A stretch of 45,938 nt of DNA. Source: Candidatus Fervidifonticultor sextus. GTDB lineage: Bacteria; Sysuimicrobiota; Sysuimicrobiia; Sysuimicrobiales; Humicultoraceae. Where the stretch lies: the NCBI GenBank assembly GCA_031459875.1, contig JAVKHQ010000022.1, positions 1-45,938 on the forward strand, written 5' to 3'. The position numbers were made by a program, and so were the translations under genes. Shown one piece after another: positions 9,314-20,255 of this stretch. Below the pieces are notes generated by a model that did no database searches, was not told the DNA's origin, and saw nothing but the letters and a program-made list of their open reading frames with translations. The stretch's first letter is position 1. Each line of letters starts with the position of its first letter.

Positions 9314-9774
9314 TTGGTCACGATGAGGTAGCCGCGCATCTCGTCGTGGTCGGGGGTGCAGTGTTTCTTGCCGGGATCGTAGGGGAGCGCGCAGCGGTAC
9401 TCGAAGACGCCGACCTTGTCGGCGACAAAGGTCACCCGTTCGCTCTCACCGGCGTTGAGAATTTTGGTCTTGATCCCGTAGCCCGGCAACTCGAACTGAT
9501 GCGCGAACTCATCGGGGTTGGCGATCACCAGGTCCACGGTATCGCCCTCGCGCACCACCATCATCGTGGGATACCAGCGGTGGGCGAAGACGCCCTGGCC
9601 GGAGAAGGTGGCGACGACCATCGAGAGGGCCACCCGGGACGGCGCCGGACGCGCCGTCCCGGCCTCCGGGCCCGCTGCCGGCTGCCGGGAGGTGTAGACA
9701 ACCAGGCTGACGGCCAGCGCCACCACCGAGACGGCCAGCGCCATGTAGCCAAGCCCGTTGCCCCGACGGGTCAT
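9310..9774 (-). CDS. Exported cupredoxin with atypical CuA-like loop (C-x10-C-x3-H-x2-M)
   Basis: N-terminal TM, 'AHQFELPGY', 'CALPYDPGKKHCTPDHDEM'; GGAGG RBS. Confidence 0.8.
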   Translation of the reverse strand: MTRRGNGLGYMALAVSVVALAVSLVVYTSRQPAAGPEAGTARPAPSRVALSMVVATFSGQGVFAHRWYPTMMVVREGDTVDLVIANPDEFAHQFELPGYGIKTKILNAGESERVTFVADKVGVFEYRCALPYDPGKKHCTPDHDEMRGYLIVTK

Positions 9775-9893
9775 GAGTCAGGTGCCTCCTCCGAACCCGC
9801 GAATCAGCCCAGACCCTCCGTGCGTCTGGTTCTTCGCGACCGACCATCGGCCCTCCTCAAACCGATTACCGCCGCTGTGGTACCTTGGGAGGG

Positions 9894-10772
9894 TCAGCGG
9901 GCGGGGCCAAACTGCAGCGGCCACCAGGTCAGCGTGATGCTCTTCTGACCGTTGCGCTGGCGCTCGCGGCCGTCCCAGACGGCGAAGTTGACGAGCGTGC
10001 GCTCCCCGGGTCTGAACTGGACGTCAGCCTCATCCGGCGTGGCCAGCGGCCGCGCCATCACGACGGTCCACCGGCCGGCCCGCCAGGCCCCGAAGCCGAC
10101 CACGTCCTGGCGGGGTTGCGAGGTGACGGTGCCAAACCCCCAGGCCGCAAGGTCTTCGACCGCGCTCGACCGCCTGGGCCTGGAGAGCAGGTTGCCGGCC
10201 GCCGTGCCGGCGTTGAAGCCCTCGCGGTCCTTCGCCGACTTCGCCAGGTGGACGTCATAGTAGTAGTCCACGAACATGTGGGGGTACGCGACCCGCAGGT
10301 CGCGGCCGCGCGTGACCTCGGCCTGCCAGGCAGCCTTCCACTGCCAGATGTTGACCGGCCGGGTGCGGTCTCCCATCAGGGGGCTCGCCAGCGGGGGCGA
10401 GGTACTCAATGGGAACTGCAGGGCCACCGCGTCGGTGAACTCGGTCTGGCGCAGGGGGAGCCGGTCGGGCGTGGGATCGGTCCAGGTGAGCTCGAAGTAG
10501 GCCATCTTGCCGTCGTGCAGCGCCCGGATGCGGATCTCCTTCACGGTCCCGCCGCCGAAGGGCTTGATGAGCGTCTGGGCCACCAGCGGGATCGTGCGGG
10601 CCTCAGCCGACCGGAAGACCGCCTCAGCGGCAGTCGGGTCGAGCGGCACCTTCGCCCTTGTGAAGGTCACCACGATCGGCGGTTGCTGCATCTGACCCAC
10701 CGCGGGGAGCACGGCCGCCGCGAGCGCCAGCACCGCGGTCAGGCACCCCACCGGGAGCCGGCCAATCCTCAT
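9894..10772 (-). CDS. nxrC: Heme b gamma subunit (ethylbenzene dehydrogenase EbdC-like), NxrC candidate
   Basis: Signal peptide; 'DAVALQFP...LMGD...VNIWQWKA...GFGT...FAVWDG...RNGQK' carrying the Met/Lys heme ligands; ATGA-coupled in the nxr operon. Confidence 0.85.
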   Translation of the reverse strand: MRIGRLPVGCLTAVLALAAAVLPAVGQMQQPPIVVTFTRAKVPLDPTAAEAVFRSAEARTIPLVAQTLIKPFGGGTVKEIRIRALHDGKMAYFELTWTDPTPDRLPLRQTEFTDAVALQFPLSTSPPLASPLMGDRTRPVNIWQWKAAWQAEVTRGRDLRVAYPHMFVDYYYDVHLAKSAKDREGFNAGTAAGNLLSRPRRSSAVEDLAAWGFGTVTSQPRQDVVGFGAWRAGRWTVVMARPLATPDEADVQFRPGERTLVNFAVWDGRERQRNGQKSITLTWWPLQFGPAR

Positions 10773-11722
10773 AGGAGCCCTCCTGCGTCCGTCATCACCG
10801 CGTACCCTTCCACGCACCGCTCACACGCACCCGACTCGGGCGACCAGTCGGGGAAGTCGGCGGCAATGCACGCTACAACCGCCTCCGGGACCACCCCGGC
10901 CCACGCGAACGTCGGGAAGCCGCACAGGGGACAGGGCGCGCCCAGGATCGGCTCAGGCGCGCGGTCCGCAGCAGCAGAGCCCGAGGGGCTCTCCAACGCT
11001 GCCACAGCGCCCGCCCAGGCAGCCAGCAAGGCAGGGTCGTCCGCGAACTGGAGGAGATCCGTATAGGTCGGCCGCGCCCCATCCCAGAGGCGGTCCACCA
11101 CGATCCCGGCGGCCTGGCGGCCAAACCGGGGAAACAGGCGCAGGAAGGCCGCCAGGCGTTCCTCCCGGGTGGCCAGGGGCTCCAGCCCCGCGCGGGCCGT
11201 GCGACCGTCGACCGCGCAGTCCCACAGGAGAGCGAAGCGGTCGCTGTGCAGGCGACGCGCCGCCCGGGCGGAAGCCTCGGTGGCGCCGTACGCGAAAGCC
11301 GGATCCAGCACGTCGAGCACGTGGCCGAGTTCATGGTGGAGGACCCGAATCAGGTCCGGCGTGCCGAACCGCTCGGGAAGCAGCCGCAGCCCCAGGGTCC
11401 TGCGGTCTGGGCTGAGGTCCGCCGCTTCCTCGGCGTGGCTCCACGCACGCGCTACCAGGATCGCCTCGACGGCCAGCCCGACCCGCTCCACGGCCTGGCG
11501 GATCGGCTGCGCGAAGCCCAGGTCCTCGAACAGGCGCGCATGCAGCGCACAGAACGCGGCATGCCGGGATGCGGCATCCGCACAGCGGGCATAGATGGCG
11601 TCGGCCGCCTTCCGGTAGCGCTCGGCGAGCGTGCCGTCGCCCTCGCGCCGGCGCCGGTCGATCTCCCGCCCGACGACCGCGTCCAGCAGGTCGGGGGCAC
11701 AGCGCACGGACGGCGTCGTCAT
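10769..11722 (-). CDS. Hypothetical protein with HExxH motif and C-terminal CxxC...CxxC
   Basis: 'HHELGHVLD', 'CPLCGFPT...ACERC'; ATGA overlaps with both neighbours. Confidence 0.75.
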   Translation of the reverse strand: MTTPSVRCAPDLLDAVVGREIDRRRREGDGTLAERYRKAADAIYARCADAASRHAAFCALHARLFEDLGFAQPIRQAVERVGLAVEAILVARAWSHAEEAADLSPDRRTLGLRLLPERFGTPDLIRVLHHELGHVLDVLDPAFAYGATEASARAARRLHSDRFALLWDCAVDGRTARAGLEPLATREERLAAFLRLFPRFGRQAAGIVVDRLWDGARPTYTDLLQFADDPALLAAWAGAVAALESPSGSAAADRAPEPILGAPCPLCGFPTFAWAGVVPEAVVACIAADFPDWSPESGACERCVEGYAVMTDAGGLL

Positions 11723-12471
11723 GGCGGCTCCAGCAGGCAGCCTCCCGCCCCGCAGGGCAGGGGCGCCGCGTCGGGTGCCTCTCCCCCACCCGACGGTGCG
11801 AGGTCGACCTCAGGGACGGGCCCGGCGCCCAGGGCCTCTGCCTCCGCCGTGACCCAGGCGGCCAGGGCCGAGGCCAGACTCCGGTACGGGCCGCCCGCCC
11901 GCTGCGCCACCAGACGGGCAAACGACGGCACCCAACGCGCCAGGTGGTCCCGCAGGAACGCCCGCTGGGCGTCCTGCAGCAGCGCGACCTCGCCCGGCCC
12001 GTGATGGACGCGCGCGTAGGCTTCCCGGTAGGCCAGCACGTGCATGAACTCCAGTTCCAGGCTCACGTGATCGGGCCGCTCGCGGGCCCCCTCGTCCACC
12101 TCGACGCCAAAGGCCCGGTAGAACCCGGCCACATCGGCCAGGCACTGCGCCTGCGGGAAGATCCCGCCTGGGATATACTGCGCCTCGTAGAGCGGACAGG
12201 TCATGCCCACCTGGTGCCCGAAGGTCCGCTGGTAGTCGTCGGATAGCGCGGACGGATCCGCGCGCTGGCAGGCGTCCATCGCCGCCTCAAGCGCCGCCGC
12301 CGCTCCCCCGGCCACCGTCCGGACCGCCTCCAGGGATGCCTGCCACCGGGCGGGATCCACCGCCGCCAGGACCTCCTCCGGCGGACGGAGGGCGACCGAG
12401 AGGAAACGGTAGACGAGGCTGCGGGCCATCGCCCGCTCGGTCGCGTCCGCCTCCGCCCGCACCACCGGCAT
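11719..12471 (-). CDS. TorD/DmsD-family molybdoenzyme chaperone
   Basis: 'CPLYEAQY...DVAGFYRAFG...ERPDHVSLELEFM...FLRDHLARW'. Confidence 0.9.
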   Translation of the reverse strand: MPVVRAEADATERAMARSLVYRFLSVALRPPEEVLAAVDPARWQASLEAVRTVAGGAAAALEAAMDACQRADPSALSDDYQRTFGHQVGMTCPLYEAQYIPGGIFPQAQCLADVAGFYRAFGVEVDEGARERPDHVSLELEFMHVLAYREAYARVHHGPGEVALLQDAQRAFLRDHLARWVPSFARLVAQRAGGPYRSLASALAAWVTAEAEALGAGPVPEVDLAPSGGGEAPDAAPLPCGAGGCLLEPP

Positions 12472-12484
12472 CGGGGGTCCCGGC

Positions 12485-13730
<1,246 letters not shown>

Positions 13731-13738
<8 letters not shown>

Positions 13739-14033
13739 CGCCCTCGCCTCCCCCGCGGGGGCCGCCCCCGGTCACCCTCCACACTCCCCAGGTCGCCGCC
13801 ACCTCCGCGATCAGCCCCCGGACGGCCTCCTCCCCGCGGTCCCGGTAGATGGCGTAAAGCGCCCGATAGAAGGGGGTGCGGAAGAGCCGGAGCAGCCCTT
13901 CCTCGTCCCAGCCCACGCGCAGGTACTCTTCCACCAGGCAGCGCGCCATCTCGTCGGCGGCCGGGTCGCCCGCGTCCACGATCACCCCGACCAGGGCCAT
14001 AGGGTCGTCGGGCTCGAAGGCCTTCTCCGTCAC
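13731..14033 (-). CDS. Small acidic hypothetical protein between nxrA and nxrB
   Basis: 100 aa, protein-like composition, fills the gap exactly and overlaps the nxrB start; 'EPDDPMALVGV...FRTPFY'. Confidence 0.75.
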
Positions 14034-14037
14034 CGCG

Positions 14038-17000
14038 TTAGCCTCTCGTGATCCTGACCAGCGCTCCGGCGAGATAGCGCCTCATGAACTCCCGCTCCCG
14101 GCCGGGCGTGTTGCCCGTACGGGCCGGCTCCCACAGGCCCCGGCCCCCGATGCCGCCGTCCTCGGCCTTGGTGATCTTCACCAGGGTCTCCTTGGGCACG
14201 GTGTTGACGGCGTGGTTGTCGGCCTCACCGCCGAAGATGAAGGCCATCGCGCCCTTGGCCTTGTGGAACAGCGTGTCGGTCTGGTGCATCGGCATGTGCC
14301 AGTTGCGGGTGACCGACTGCTGGCTCCCGTAGCGGAAGTTGGCCTGGTAGCCGGTGTCCGCCGACTGGGCCAGGCCGTCGCGCCGCGTCTGGTGCGCCCT
14401 CACCGACTTCTCGGTGGCGATGGCCGGCGCGTGCTTCATCATCACCACGTTGTAGGGATAGGCGGGATTGTACCGGGCACGCACCATGCACCGGGCGACG
14501 CGGTAGAAGGGGTCGTTGGGCTTCCAGCCCAGGTACGGCCGGTCCGCCGCGTAGGCGTCCACGTACACGTAGTCGCCGTCGTTGATGCCCAGGTCCCGCG
14601 CAGCCTGCGGGTTGATGTGGAGCTGGTGCTCGCCGACCCCGGGAGCGCGTTTGTCCAGTCGATAGGGGTCGCCGAAGTTGGAATCCCAGATCAGGTTCCA
14701 GTCGGTGCTGCTCCACGACGAGTGCACGCGGTGCCGGGTTTTGGGGGTCAGGCAGTAGAACCGGTAGCCCCGCTCCCACAGCGGGTTCGTCGTGGTCTTC
14801 ACCTGCGTCCAGGGCCGCTTGACGTTGCGCACCGTGCGCTGGTCCCAGTGAAGGGCATCCGGAGGGATGCCGTAGTCCTCGGGCCGGATCAGCGGGTTGC
14901 GGCTGACGATGACGTTGGGCAGGTATGGCGTGGCCTCCGGGCCTTCCCGGTGGACGACGAAGTTCTCGCCGTACTCGATGGCCTCGGGGATGTCGCAGTA
15001 GGCGTTGAGCCGGCCGGTGTCAGTATAGAACGGCTCGCTGTCGTGGATCTGCTCGTAGAACGGCACCCGGGGATAGGTGCGGAAGAGCATCAGCGCGGCC
15101 CCGGGCTCGCCGTACGTGCCCTTGACGATGTCCTCGAAGCGGTACCCCACGGTCGACGTCGAACTGTCCAGAATCCGCTGAATGTAGACCTCGGGCCGGC
15201 CTTCGAGGACAAACCTGTAGTAGTCGCGGAACCGGGGGTCGCCGGTCTTCACCGAGAGCTTGGCCGCGACCTCGGCGATGATCGTGGCGTCGTCCTTCGT
15301 GTCGAACAGCGGCCGGATCCCGCCCTTCCAGATCTGCAGGAAGGGGTTGCTGCACGACGCCGTGAGTTCCCAGTTCTCGAACTCCACCCAGGTGTTGGCC
15401 GGAAGGATGATGTCCGAGTACTCCGCGGTGGCCGTCATCTCCACATCCTGGTTGATGATCAGCTCGATCCGGGGCCCCACGTTCTTGATGACCCCGTAGG
15501 CCCACTTGGCGTTGTTGATGAGGTTGACGTTGTTGAACCACATGACCTTGGTGGGGGTGGGCATGTGGGTCGCTCCGGTGAAGACCTTGCGGCCCCGCTT
15601 GGGAGTGTTCACGATCAGCGGGAGATCACCGTGATCCCAGTAGGCGGGCTCCTCGTCCTTCAGGTACTTCCTGACCTTGATGGTTTTCCCGTGGGCGGCG
15701 GGATCCAGCGCCGGGTTGAAGGGGTCCTCAAAAAGCCACCCCGTGATCCCCGGGCCGGTCCAGGGCGAGCCCTGGAAGACGCCGGCCTTGTAGTTGCCGG
15801 CCCACGTGTGACAGCCGGCGCCGGGCTTCCCGATGTTGCCGGTCAGCATCAGGGGCAGGTAGAAGGCGCGGTTGGCCAGGGTCGCGTGGAACCAGTGGTT
15901 GATCCCCTCGCCGATGTGGATGGCCACCGGTTTGATGGTGGCGATGTCGCGGGCCAGCCGCCGGATCATCGCCTTGGGGACCTGGGTGATCTCCGTGACG
16001 GTGTCCAGGTCGTAGTCCCGGAGGTGGTCGCGATACGCTTCCCACAGGGTCAGGCAGGCGACCTCGGTCCCGTCCACCAGGCGCACCTTCCCGCGCCAGC
16101 CCAGGGCGGGGGTGATCCCTTTCTGCACCAGGCGCGCCCCTACGTCGTCGCGCGTGACCGCGCGCAGGCGGTTCGTCGTCTGGTCGAACACCACGAAGTC
16201 GCCCAACCGGGCGTACTGGTCGGGCGTGAGGTTCTGGCGGGTGAAGGACGGACCGTCGGGGGCCAGCCCCGGCGTGTAGTTGGGGAAGACCTCGGAAGCC
16301 CGCAGGCGCTTCAGCGTGTCTGTCCTGATGATGAGGGGGAAGTCGGTGAACTGCCGGACGAACGTCTCGTCGTACCACCCCCGGTCCATCATCAGCCGCG
16401 TGATCCCCAAAAACAGCGCCGCATCGGTCTGCGGCCGGATGGGCATCCAGTAGTCGGCCTTGACGGCGGGCGGGCTGTACTCGGGGGTGACGACGGCGAT
16501 TTTCGCCCCCCGCTCCATCAGTTCGTTAAAGAAGTGGCTCTCTGGCATCTTGTTCTCGATGAGGTTCTTGCCGACCTGGATGTGCAGCTTGGCATGGCGC
16601 AGTTCATTGAAGTCCACGTCCGAGGTCTGCAGGCCGTGCACGAAGGGCATCCCGGGCGCCTGGTCGCCGTGCCAGGTGTAGTTGCTCCACTTGCGCGCGC
16701 CCAGGGCCTGGTCGGGCCCCACACCCCGGATGTGGGCGTCCAGCAGCGCCATCATGTTGGCGGCGCGCCACAGCCCGTACTTCCCGATGACGCCCAGCAA
16801 CCCCATGCCGCCGCGGAACTTGAACGTCCGCACGCCGGCCCCGTGCATCGCCTCGACCATCTCGGGCGGATAGCCCTGGTCGAGCAGGCGCCTGGCGCCA
16901 TCCGGTCCGCTGTATCGGCGGGCGATCGCCATGAAGGCCGACGCGATGTACGAGTAGACTTCGTCCCAGGGAACGCGGACGAACGTGTCCTGGCCCCGGC

Positions 17001-17553
17001 TGTCGAACCGGTACCTGGCGCGCAACTCGTCGGTCAGCTCCGGGTAGCCGTCGTCCGCCCACTGCTTCCAACCCCGGCGGACCATGGGGTACTTCAGACG
17101 GTACGGCCCGTAGACGCGCCGGTGGAAGGTGTACCCTTTGAGGCAGCCCCGTGGATTCCAGGCGTGCGTGGCCCGGTTGCCGTACAGATCGGCGTAGCGG
17201 TCCGCATCGTAGTTCTGCTCGATGCGCATGATCACGCCGTTGCGCACGAACGCCCGCATCCGGCAGTGGTGGGTGTCGTTGGGAGAGCACACGAAGGTGA
17301 AGCTGCGGTCGTAGCGGTACTGGTCCCGGTAGACCTTCTCCCATCCGCGGTCCGGATAGGCCTCAAGCGGATTGTCGACGACCGAGAGCGGGCGGAGCAG
17401 GTTGAGGGGCAGTGCCTGGGAGAGCCACGCGCCGCCGACGAGCGTGCCGGAGACCCGCAGGAACTCGCGACGGCGCACAGCCGCGGGGGACGGAGAGTCC
17501 GGTCTGGCTGGGGTGGGGCAGAGGCCGGCGGCGGCGTTCCCGTGCTCGTCCAC
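14038..17553 (-). CDS. nxrA: Periplasmic nitrite oxidoreductase/nitrate reductase alpha subunit (type II DMSO reductase family), about 1171 aa
   Basis: Tat motif RRREFL; 'CSPNDTHHCR...WNPRGCLKG' FS0 motif with Asp; 'WSNYTWHGDQAPG' Mo-ligand Asp; 'TPKTRHRVHS'; GGAGGT RBS before GTG 17553. Confidence 0.93.
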   Translation of the reverse strand: MDEHGNAAAGLCPTPARPDSPSPAAVRRREFLRVSGTLVGGAWLSQALPLNLLRPLSVVDNPLEAYPDRGWEKVYRDQYRYDRSFTFVCSPNDTHHCRMRAFVRNGVIMRIEQNYDADRYADLYGNRATHAWNPRGCLKGYTFHRRVYGPYRLKYPMVRRGWKQWADDGYPELTDELRARYRFDSRGQDTFVRVPWDEVYSYIASAFMAIARRYSGPDGARRLLDQGYPPEMVEAMHGAGVRTFKFRGGMGLLGVIGKYGLWRAANMMALLDAHIRGVGPDQALGARKWSNYTWHGDQAPGMPFVHGLQTSDVDFNELRHAKLHIQVGKNLIENKMPESHFFNELMERGAKIAVVTPEYSPPAVKADYWMPIRPQTDAALFLGITRLMMDRGWYDETFVRQFTDFPLIIRTDTLKRLRASEVFPNYTPGLAPDGPSFTRQNLTPDQYARLGDFVVFDQTTNRLRAVTRDDVGARLVQKGITPALGWRGKVRLVDGTEVACLTLWEAYRDHLRDYDLDTVTEITQVPKAMIRRLARDIATIKPVAIHIGEGINHWFHATLANRAFYLPLMLTGNIGKPGAGCHTWAGNYKAGVFQGSPWTGPGITGWLFEDPFNPALDPAAHGKTIKVRKYLKDEEPAYWDHGDLPLIVNTPKRGRKVFTGATHMPTPTKVMWFNNVNLINNAKWAYGVIKNVGPRIELIINQDVEMTATAEYSDIILPANTWVEFENWELTASCSNPFLQIWKGGIRPLFDTKDDATIIAEVAAKLSVKTGDPRFRDYYRFVLEGRPEVYIQRILDSSTSTVGYRFEDIVKGTYGEPGAALMLFRTYPRVPFYEQIHDSEPFYTDTGRLNAYCDIPEAIEYGENFVVHREGPEATPYLPNVIVSRNPLIRPEDYGIPPDALHWDQRTVRNVKRPWTQVKTTTNPLWERGYRFYCLTPKTRHRVHSSWSSTDWNLIWDSNFGDPYRLDKRAPGVGEHQLHINPQAARDLGINDGDYVYVDAYAADRPYLGWKPNDPFYRVARCMVRARYNPAYPYNVVMMKHAPAIATEKSVRAHQTRRDGLAQSADTGYQANFRYGSQQSVTRNWHMPMHQTDTLFHKAKGAMAFIFGGEADNHAVNTVPKETLVKITKAEDGGIGGRGLWEPARTGNTPGREREFMRRYLAGALVRITRG

Positions 17554-17602
17554 GGTGACCTCCCGAAACCGGTCGGGGCCGGCTACATCACCATGCCTCA
17601 CC

Positions 17603-17626
17603 AATTCGGATATTTTCGTCCGAATA
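17603..17626. promoter_or_regulatory. Putative repressor operator (ATTCGGA-N8-TCCGAAT) in the nxrA leader
   Basis: Perfect 7-bp inverted repeat (17604-17625) in an AT-rich patch downstream of the -10. Confidence 0.55.
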
Positions 17627-17643
17627 GTCCGAAGGTTTATCCC

Positions 17644-17689
17644 ATCCTACCGGGGGATGGGCCCCTCGGCAATCGGTTCGCTACCTGAT
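17644..17689 (-). promoter_or_regulatory. nxr promoter: box ATCAGG-TAGCGA-ACCGAT (17689-17672) plus -10 TAGGAT (17649-17644)
   Basis: 22-nt spacer, identical to the nos promoter; both boxes begin AAATCAGGT. Confidence 0.7.
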
Positions 17690-18274
17690 TTTGCCGGAGG
17701 CGCGATGCTGGTGAGGTGTGTTGATGTTGGCGAGCGTCCGGAGGTGCGGGTCGGCCGCCCGCAGGTCGTCGGCGGTGACCGCCCGGACCCGCAGCCCCTC
17801 CAGCGCCTCGTGCAGGCGCCGCACACCGGCGGCCAGCCGGCCTTCCAGCGCCGGCGCGGCGGCCGCCGCGTAGACCGCGTGGAGCGGGTGCCAGCGGCCG
17901 TCCACATGGGGGACGGCCGCATCGAACCCGACGGCGAAATGGCTCAGCAGTCGGACAGTACGCGCAGACAGAAACGGCAGGTCGCAGGCCGCCGCGAACG
18001 CCCACGGCGTGGTCACCGCCGCCAGCCCGCTGCAGAGGCCGACCAGCGGCAACTGCTGCGGGCTGGCATCCACCACGACGCGGGTGCCCAGCCCCTCATA
18101 GCGGGCGCGGTCCTTGGCGACGATGACCACCTCCGCGCAGCAGGTGCGCAGCGCCTCCACGACGCGCTGGATCATCGGTACACCGTCGATGGGGACAAAG
18201 GCTTTGTCAGTTCCCATGCGCCGGCTCTGCCCGCCAGCCAGAACGATGCCCGTGAGCTCCGCAAGGACGGTCAT
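17681..18274 (-). CDS. mobA: Molybdenum cofactor guanylyltransferase
   Basis: 'GIVLAGGQSRRMGTDKA', 'ACDLPF', 'HPLHAVY', 'NINTP'; ATGA overlap with the moeA stop. Confidence 0.92.
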   Translation of the reverse strand: MTVLAELTGIVLAGGQSRRMGTDKAFVPIDGVPMIQRVVEALRTCCAEVVIVAKDRARYEGLGTRVVVDASPQQLPLVGLCSGLAAVTTPWAFAAACDLPFLSARTVRLLSHFAVGFDAAVPHVDGRWHPLHAVYAAAAAPALEGRLAAGVRRLHEALEGLRVRAVTADDLRAADPHLRTLANINTPHQHRASGKIR

Positions 18275-20082
18275 GGGGGCGCAAGCCAGCCACACGCCAG
18301 TTGTCGGGCGATGAACTCCGCCAGGGCTCCGACGGCGTTCCAGTCGAACCTGACCGGGACGTCCCTCCCGGCCTCGGCCGTGGGAGCGTCCTGCCCGTCG
18401 TCGTCCTGGGGGTCACAGACCACGGCGACCACCGGTCCGGCCGGCGCAGGCCGGTCGGCGGGCACGCCGCGCCGCTGCACCAGGATCTTGAGTAGCGCGG
18501 ACTGGCTGTAGCCTTCCACGAGCACGAGATCGGCAGGCCCGGCCATCGCCAGGACCTCCTCCGGTGGAGGCTCCTCGCCGCCTCCCCGCCGGCGCACGAC
18601 GCCGGCAGGACCGGCCAGGACGACGGTCGCGGCGCCGGCGCGGGCGAACCGGGCGGTGTCGGTGCCCTCCGTGTCGGCGTTGTCGGGATCGAGGTGCGCA
18701 TGGTGCTTCACTGCGGCCACCGTGATGCCGAGCCGATGCAGTTCGGGGATCAGCCGCTCGATCAGCGTGGTCTTGCCGGCATCCCGCGCGCCGACGACTG
18801 CCAGCGCCGGCCGTCCCGATCTCGGCAGCGTCGGGAGGCTGTCGGCGACCAGCAGGCGCACCGTCACGGGCGCGCCGGCCGGCAGATCGGCATTCTGCGG
18901 CTGGACCTCGATGAGGGCATTGGCCTCGCTGGCCGAGCGGAGCGTGGCGGTCCCCTGGCCCGCGAGCGGGGCGACCCACACCCCGGAGGCATCGAGCGTC
19001 GCGCGGGCCCAGAGGAAGCGCCGCCGGCCCGCCGCCAGCGCCAGCGCCCGCGCGAGCCTGGCGCGGACGGCCGGCCGGTGCAGGCGGCGGTGCCCCATGA
19101 TCGCGCACAGCGCCGGGCGGACCAGCAGCTCGAACGCCATGCGCGCCGCACCCGGCGTGCCGGGCAGCGCGAAGACCGGGCGGCCTCCGGCCAGTCCGAA
19201 GGCCACCGGCGCGCCGGGCTTCATCGCCACGCCGACGAACTGCAGCGCGACCCCCGCGCGCACCAGGGCGTCCCGCACGAGGTCCCGATCCCCCACCGAG
19301 GCGCCCCCGCACACGATGAGCACATCGGCCTGCAGGCCTTCCCGGATCTGCTGGACCAGGTCTGCCGCATCGTCGCGGGCGATGCCCAGTAACCTTGGGG
19401 TCGCGCCCACCCCCGCCACCTCGCCGGCCAAGTGGTACGAGTTGCTCTCGCGGACCTGGCCGGGCCGCGGCGCCCTGGTGGGCGGGATGAGTTCGTCGCC
19501 GGTGGCAAGGATGGCGACCGTGGCGCGGCGGACGACGCGCACCACCCCCACGCCCAGGGAGGCCAGCAGGCCCAACTGCCCGCCCCCGAGCACCGTCCCG
19601 GCCTCGAGCACCACCTCGCCGGCACGCGCGTCCTCGCCGGCGGGAAAGATGTGGCGGCCGGAGGCCACGGGCGCTGACACCAGCACGCGGTCCCCCGCCT
19701 CCACCAGGAGTTCCCTGGGGATGACCGCATCGGCCCCAGACGGGACGGGCGCGCCCGTGGCGATGCGGACCGCAGTACCGGGCTGAAGCGCCACCGGCCA
19801 GACCCGGCCGGAGGGGACCGCGCCGACCACCCGCAACGCGACCGGCGCCTCGGCCGAGGCCGCGGCGACATCGGCGGCGCGCACCGCGATCCCGTCCATG
19901 GCGGCCCGCGGGAAGGGCCACAGGTCCCCGGCGGCGACCACAGGCTCGGCCAGAATCCGGCCGGCCGCCTCGGCCAGGGCGACCTCCTCGACGGGGCCGC
20001 GCGACACCGAGCGGAGGATGATCGCCTGGGCCTCCTCCACGGTGGTGGTACTCGCTGCAGGCCGGACCGGATCCGCGCGCAT
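18271..20082 (-). CDS. moeA: Molybdopterin molybdotransferase MoeA fused to MobB
   Basis: 'RAAMDGIAVR', 'ATGDEL', 'MKPGAP', 'LPGTP'; C-terminal MobB 'GARDAGKTTLIERL...VKH...VEGY'; GAGGTG RBS. Confidence 0.9.
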   Translation of the reverse strand: MRADPVRPAASTTTVEEAQAIILRSVSRGPVEEVALAEAAGRILAEPVVAAGDLWPFPRAAMDGIAVRAADVAAASAEAPVALRVVGAVPSGRVWPVALQPGTAVRIATGAPVPSGADAVIPRELLVEAGDRVLVSAPVASGRHIFPAGEDARAGEVVLEAGTVLGGGQLGLLASLGVGVVRVVRRATVAILATGDELIPPTRAPRPGQVRESNSYHLAGEVAGVGATPRLLGIARDDAADLVQQIREGLQADVLIVCGGASVGDRDLVRDALVRAGVALQFVGVAMKPGAPVAFGLAGGRPVFALPGTPGAARMAFELLVRPALCAIMGHRRLHRPAVRARLARALALAAGRRRFLWARATLDASGVWVAPLAGQGTATLRSASEANALIEVQPQNADLPAGAPVTVRLLVADSLPTLPRSGRPALAVVGARDAGKTTLIERLIPELHRLGITVAAVKHHAHLDPDNADTEGTDTARFARAGAATVVLAGPAGVVRRRGGGEEPPPEEVLAMAGPADLVLVEGYSQSALLKILVQRRGVPADRPAPAGPVVAVVCDPQDDDGQDAPTAEAGRDVPVRFDWNAVGALAEFIARQLACGWLAPP

Positions 20083-20134
20083 CCCGCACCTCTGCCGCAC
20101 CCCGCGCAGCCGCCGGAGTGCTGCGCTGTTCCCT

Positions 20135-20180
20135 ACGGTACCGGGCGGCCCCGCCCCTGCCCATCGGGCGAGGAATCGAG
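20135..20180 (-). promoter_or_regulatory. moeA-mobA promoter: proximal half-site CCCGAT (20168-20163) plus -10 TACCGT (20140-20135)
   Basis: 22-nt spacer as in the other regulon promoters; distal half-site degenerate. Confidence 0.55.
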
Positions 20181-20255
20181 CCGCCCGTCAGGGCCGAATG
20201 CCCTCCACCCACCCGTAGGGAATGCGGGTGCGGAAGGCGTGCCGGGCGAAGAGCG

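Noticed and set aside
7002..9774. Cupredoxins as NirK or nitrosocyanin
   Set aside because: Single small domains without NirK type 2 Cu motifs or the nitrosocyanin Cys/His/His/Glu ligand set.
14038..17553. Cytoplasmic NarG/NarH call
   Set aside because: Tat leader, CSPNDTH and WHGD motifs, an EbdC-type gamma subunit and no narI indicate the periplasmic NXR clade.
13876..17688. 1270-aa plus-strand ORF and other long antisense ORFs (e.g. 2083-4005, 7298-9226, 28607-30646, 35644-37647)
   Set aside because: Shadow frames of clear genes in high-GC DNA, with no recognisable motifs.
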